A stretch of 64,000 nt of DNA from an uncultured delta proteobacterium (GTDB taxonomy: Bacteria > Desulfobacterota > Binatia > UBA9968). The stretch is from contig CAVSLC010000023.1 in NCBI GenBank assembly GCA_963728565.1, forward strand, positions 96,001-160,000, in the 5' to 3' direction. The position numbers and the translations under genes were made by a program. A model generated the notes under the pieces. That model saw only the letters and a list, made by a program, of their open reading frames with translations. It ran no database searches and was not told the DNA's origin. This document shows positions 62,041-64,000 of this stretch, piece by piece. The stretch's first letter is position 1; every line of letters starts with the position of its first letter.

Positions 62041-62511
62041 ATGAACGAAGATGTTTTCTCAGGAAAATGGCGAGAAATGCGCGGCACGTTACGATCTTGG
62101 TGGGGCCGGCTCAGCGACGATGATCTAGAGAGAATCGGCGGAGAAAAAGATAAGCTGATAGGCTTGGTACAAGAAAAGTACGGCCAAACTCGTGAGCAGG
62201 CGGAAAGAGAAGTCGATCGTCGCCTTTCCGAGTACGGAACCGGCGCCGGTGGTATAGGTTCCAATGTGAGAGCTCGAGTTGACGAATTGGGAGCCGCCGT
62301 GTCCAACAAAGCCGGTGAGGCGGCGGGGGCGATGGCTAGCCGAGTGCAATCTGCTCGGTCTTATTTGCAGGAGCGAGATTTTGATGAATTGACCGGTGAG
62401 ATAGCCGCATGGGTTCGTCGCTATCCAATTCAATCCTGTTTGATCGGCATCGGTTTGGGCTACTTGATAGCGCGTAGTATTGGCGGCGGTGGTCGATCCT
62501 ATGACGAATAA
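62041..62511 (+). CDS. CsbD family protein with C-terminal ElaB/YqjD-like membrane anchor
   Basis: MNEDVFSGKW...WGRLSDDDL...LIGLVQEKYG (CsbD/YjbJ); tail VRRYPIQSCLIGIGLGYLIAR; aggagg RBS. Confidence 0.85.
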   Translation: MNEDVFSGKWREMRGTLRSWWGRLSDDDLERIGGEKDKLIGLVQEKYGQTREQAEREVDRRLSEYGTGAGGIGSNVRARVDELGAAVSNKAGEAAGAMASRVQSARSYLQERDFDELTGEIAAWVRRYPIQSCLIGIGLGYLIARSIGGGGRSYDE

Positions 62512-62576
62512 AGTTGATTGTGCATTCGAGATTAGGGCGGACTGATCATCCGCTCCGGAACGTTGTCATCCACTGT

Positions 62577-62612
62577 AAAATGCCCCGATCGCCCCTGCGC
62601 CGGGGCATTTTT
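62577..62612. terminator. Rho-independent terminator-like hairpin
   Basis: AAAATGCCCCG-N13-CGGGGCATTTTT. Confidence 0.65.
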
Positions 62613-62990
62613 GTGAGTTGTATGGCTTTGGGCGGATCAATAAATCGAAAACCAACCCGTCGCGAACAAAAACTTGGAACCGACGCGCTAAAATCCTTCG
62701 ATAATACGAAAATCGTAAGCTGTCATAAAAGAACTGGTTGAGCCAAGTTCAATCTACAATGGCTCGAACGATCGACCTCTAAGTAATCCCCTACAATCTT
62801 TCAAAATTACAGGCGATGTGTCATTAGACAGGAACAACATGATGCATCGCATAGTGCCAAAGCAAGAAGTGCCGAGTAGAGGAGCCGGGTCCCATGTGAA
62901 CGGTTTAGCCTTCCCATACCAAAGTACGTAGAAAAATAAACCGAAGAATGAGCGCTAGACTCAAAGATTTGCACATGACGGGAGGTATCT

Positions 62991-63905
62991 GTGGCTTTCG
63001 CGAAGATTGGAATCATGAGCATTGGCGAGATGGGGTATCACTGGGCAAAGCTCTTGAAGGCTCGGGGTGCCGAGGTGCTGACTTATGATCGAGATCGTAG
63101 CCCGGTGACACAAAGGCGCGGTGAAAACGCAGGAGTCAAGTCCACTGCTTCCCTGACAGAATTGTGCTCGAGCGCGGATCTGATTGTCTCGATCGTGGTG
63201 CCATCGGCGGCACTCAAGGTCGCAGCAGAAATCGCCAAGGCCGCGGGCGAGGCTAATCGCAAGAACTTGATCTATTTCGACGCCAACGCGATTTCGCCCA
63301 TGACCGCGGAGTCGATTAGCAGAGTGGTCAATGAAAGCGGTGTGAACTTTGTTGATGGCTGCATAATCGGTTCAGCTTCTAAAATGGATAAAGGAGCGGT
63401 GATATACGCCTCCGGTCCCGACGCATCCCGCATTCTCGAGCTTGGCGGTTATGGTCTAAGCGTGCAAGTTCTTGGAGGTGGAACATCGCAGGCATCCGCT
63501 TTCAAAGTAGTCTATGCCGGGTTGACGAAAGGATTGCAGGGACTGTTCGTTGAACTGCTGATCGCCGCCAAGCGTTTCGGTCTGCTCGATGAGATCATCA
63601 AACGATATGATGAGAGCTTCCCCGGTTTGCTCGAAAAAGTCAGTTCTAGCATCGTCGGCCTGCGCATCCATGCGGGACGTCGCGCTGAGGAAATGGATGA
63701 GCTCCAGCGCACGTATGCGCATTACGGTATGCAAGCTTTGATGGCCCCGGCGATCCAAAAAATTCTGGGCAGCATTGCCGATTTGGAAATCCGCGAAAGC
63801 TCGGCCAAAGGCGCGCGTGAGGGAGATCTCATGGAGACGCTGGAGTTGTTTTATCAACAGGGACTTTTGAGCAATACGCGTCTTGCGTCAAATGCGAGCA
63901 AGTGA
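62991..63905 (+). CDS. NAD(P)-dependent oxidoreductase (3-hydroxyisobutyrate/6PGD-like, DUF1932 C-terminus)
   Basis: IGIMSIGEMG, YFDANAISP, FVDGCIIG, ASAFK.VYAGLTKG, HAGRRAEEM; ggagg RBS with GTG start. Confidence 0.88.
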   Translation: MAFAKIGIMSIGEMGYHWAKLLKARGAEVLTYDRDRSPVTQRRGENAGVKSTASLTELCSSADLIVSIVVPSAALKVAAEIAKAAGEANRKNLIYFDANAISPMTAESISRVVNESGVNFVDGCIIGSASKMDKGAVIYASGPDASRILELGGYGLSVQVLGGGTSQASAFKVVYAGLTKGLQGLFVELLIAAKRFGLLDEIIKRYDESFPGLLEKVSSSIVGLRIHAGRRAEEMDELQRTYAHYGMQALMAPAIQKILGSIADLEIRESSAKGAREGDLMETLELFYQQGLLSNTRLASNASK

Positions 63906-63961
63906 TAGGCGCATGTTGATTGAATTGACCTAGGCTGTTCCTAAACACGAGGAGACACACA

Positions 63962-64000
63962 GTGGCGAAATCGCAAAGCAGGGTAGAAAAGAAGCAACCA
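63962..64000 (+). CDS. Probable start of a gene running off the window
   Basis: gaggag RBS then GTG GCG AAA TCG..., open to the window end. Confidence 0.4.
   Translation, partial: MAKSQSRVEKKQP

Noticed and set aside
61339-64000. Prophage or integrative element at tRNA-Leu
   Set aside because: No integrase, phage gene or duplicated tRNA 3' end within the window.

Overview
This is a 64 kb bacterial chromosomal segment. Gene content and order suggest a deltaproteobacteria-like organism, and the many orphan TctC/NMT1 binding proteins and amidohydrolase-type genes point to Candidatus Binatia; this assignment is inference only. The first ~25 kb is accessory. It holds a RoxA-like cytochrome c fragment, a GMC oxidoreductase, an exported alpha-dioxygenase-like heme peroxidase, an EamA transporter, a PagL-like protein, solute-binding proteins, an ABC transporter, a decarboxylase/amidohydrolase/dehydrogenase group, two decayed gene relics and a tandem methyltransferase pair. 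From 25 to 61 kb it is mostly core: acnA, rlpA, yebC-ruvCAB, an NtrY-type kinase, queG, yceD-rpmF-plsX-fabD-fabG-acpP-rpiB-glyA-nrdR-ribD-ribE-ribBA-ribH-nusB-leuS-lptE, rpsT, murJ, tatC, hppA and tRNA-Leu(TAA). The standout is the gene after the NtrY-type kinase. Instead of a normal NtrX, it is an NtrX-type receiver domain fused to a catalytically intact LpxC, which suggests direct two-component control of the committed step of lipid A synthesis. Other oddities are a RibBA with a degenerate RibB domain, a fab operon lacking both fabH and fabF, an HtrA-like protein missing its whole catalytic triad, and mosaic identity between the tandem methyltransferases. About seven single-base frameshifts, including one in fabD, most likely reflect sequencing or assembly errors. 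No CRISPR array, rRNA, integrase or intact transposase was seen. All calls come from reading motifs by eye; no searches were run.
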